Of a DNA stretch of 64,000 bases, positions 63,795 through 64,000 are shown in pieces. Under the pieces are notes generated by a model, which made no database searches, was not told the origin of the DNA, and saw only the letters and a program-made list of their open reading frames with translations. How positions within the stretch are numbered: position 1 is the first letter of the stretch; each line of letters starts with the position of its first letter. Source of the DNA: Penicillus capitatus (lineage: Eukaryota; Plantae; Chlorophyta); the NCBI GenBank assembly GCA_965649825.1, contig OZ287710.1, positions 124,001 to 188,000 on the forward strand, given 5' to 3'. Made by a program: the position numbers and the translations under genes.

Positions 63795-64000
63795 TCACTC
63801 TAATTTCAGCGTTCCTAGCAAATGGCAAAGCTCCTTGCGGTGGGTAACCCAGTCTTCAAAAGATTCATCATGAGATTGTGTGCGGTAAGCTTGAAAAGCA
63901 ACAAGATAGAAGTATCGTTTTAGATAGTGCAGTCCCAGTTGTTTGGTTTGGGGATGAGTACCGATGGCGTACATGCAAGACAGAATATCTTCCCGTAGAC
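63795..64000 (-). CDS. 3' end of a paladin-like (PALD1) phosphatase-domain protein, continues beyond the window
   Basis: GLHYLKRYFYLVAFQAY..SFEDWVTHRKELCHL matches the paladin C-terminal repeat consensus. Confidence 0.75.
   Translation of the reverse strand, partial: LREDILSCMYAIGTHPQTKQLGLHYLKRYFYLVAFQAYRTQSHDESFEDWVTHRKELCHLLGTLKLE

Overview
Eukaryotic nuclear DNA from a very compact genome, most likely a green alga. The evidence is nuclear-encoded plastid AtpD and ClpP with transit peptides, organellar RpoT, and the flagellar genes RIB43A and DRC10; the species cannot be named from sequence alone. Standard genetic code. About 40 protein genes, broken by many ~42-60 nt introns with degenerate donors, at least 8-11 of them GC-AG. 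Genes are packed head-to-head and tail-to-tail with gaps as small as 2-8 nt. Several small genes (SS18/GIF-like, HIG1, RPS29, paladin 3' end) are visible only after manual splicing. One accessory island (~39,980-50,930) breaks the pattern. It holds a ~2.1 kb direct segmental duplication and five paralogues of an apparently unannotated family of secreted proteins with two PAN/Apple-like modules and a hypervariable Tyr/Asp-rich loop. Between the two copies lie decaying duplicates of housekeeping genes: an RPN3 pseudogene and a truncated, frameshifted XPF. Other oddities are a predicted tail-anchored BRO1/ALIX, a myristoylation-motif PKA regulatory subunit with no D/D domain, and an SPP-family protease with a transit-peptide-like N-terminus. 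No rRNA, tRNA, CRISPR array or recognisable transposon was seen. All gene models are manual and unverified by transcripts.
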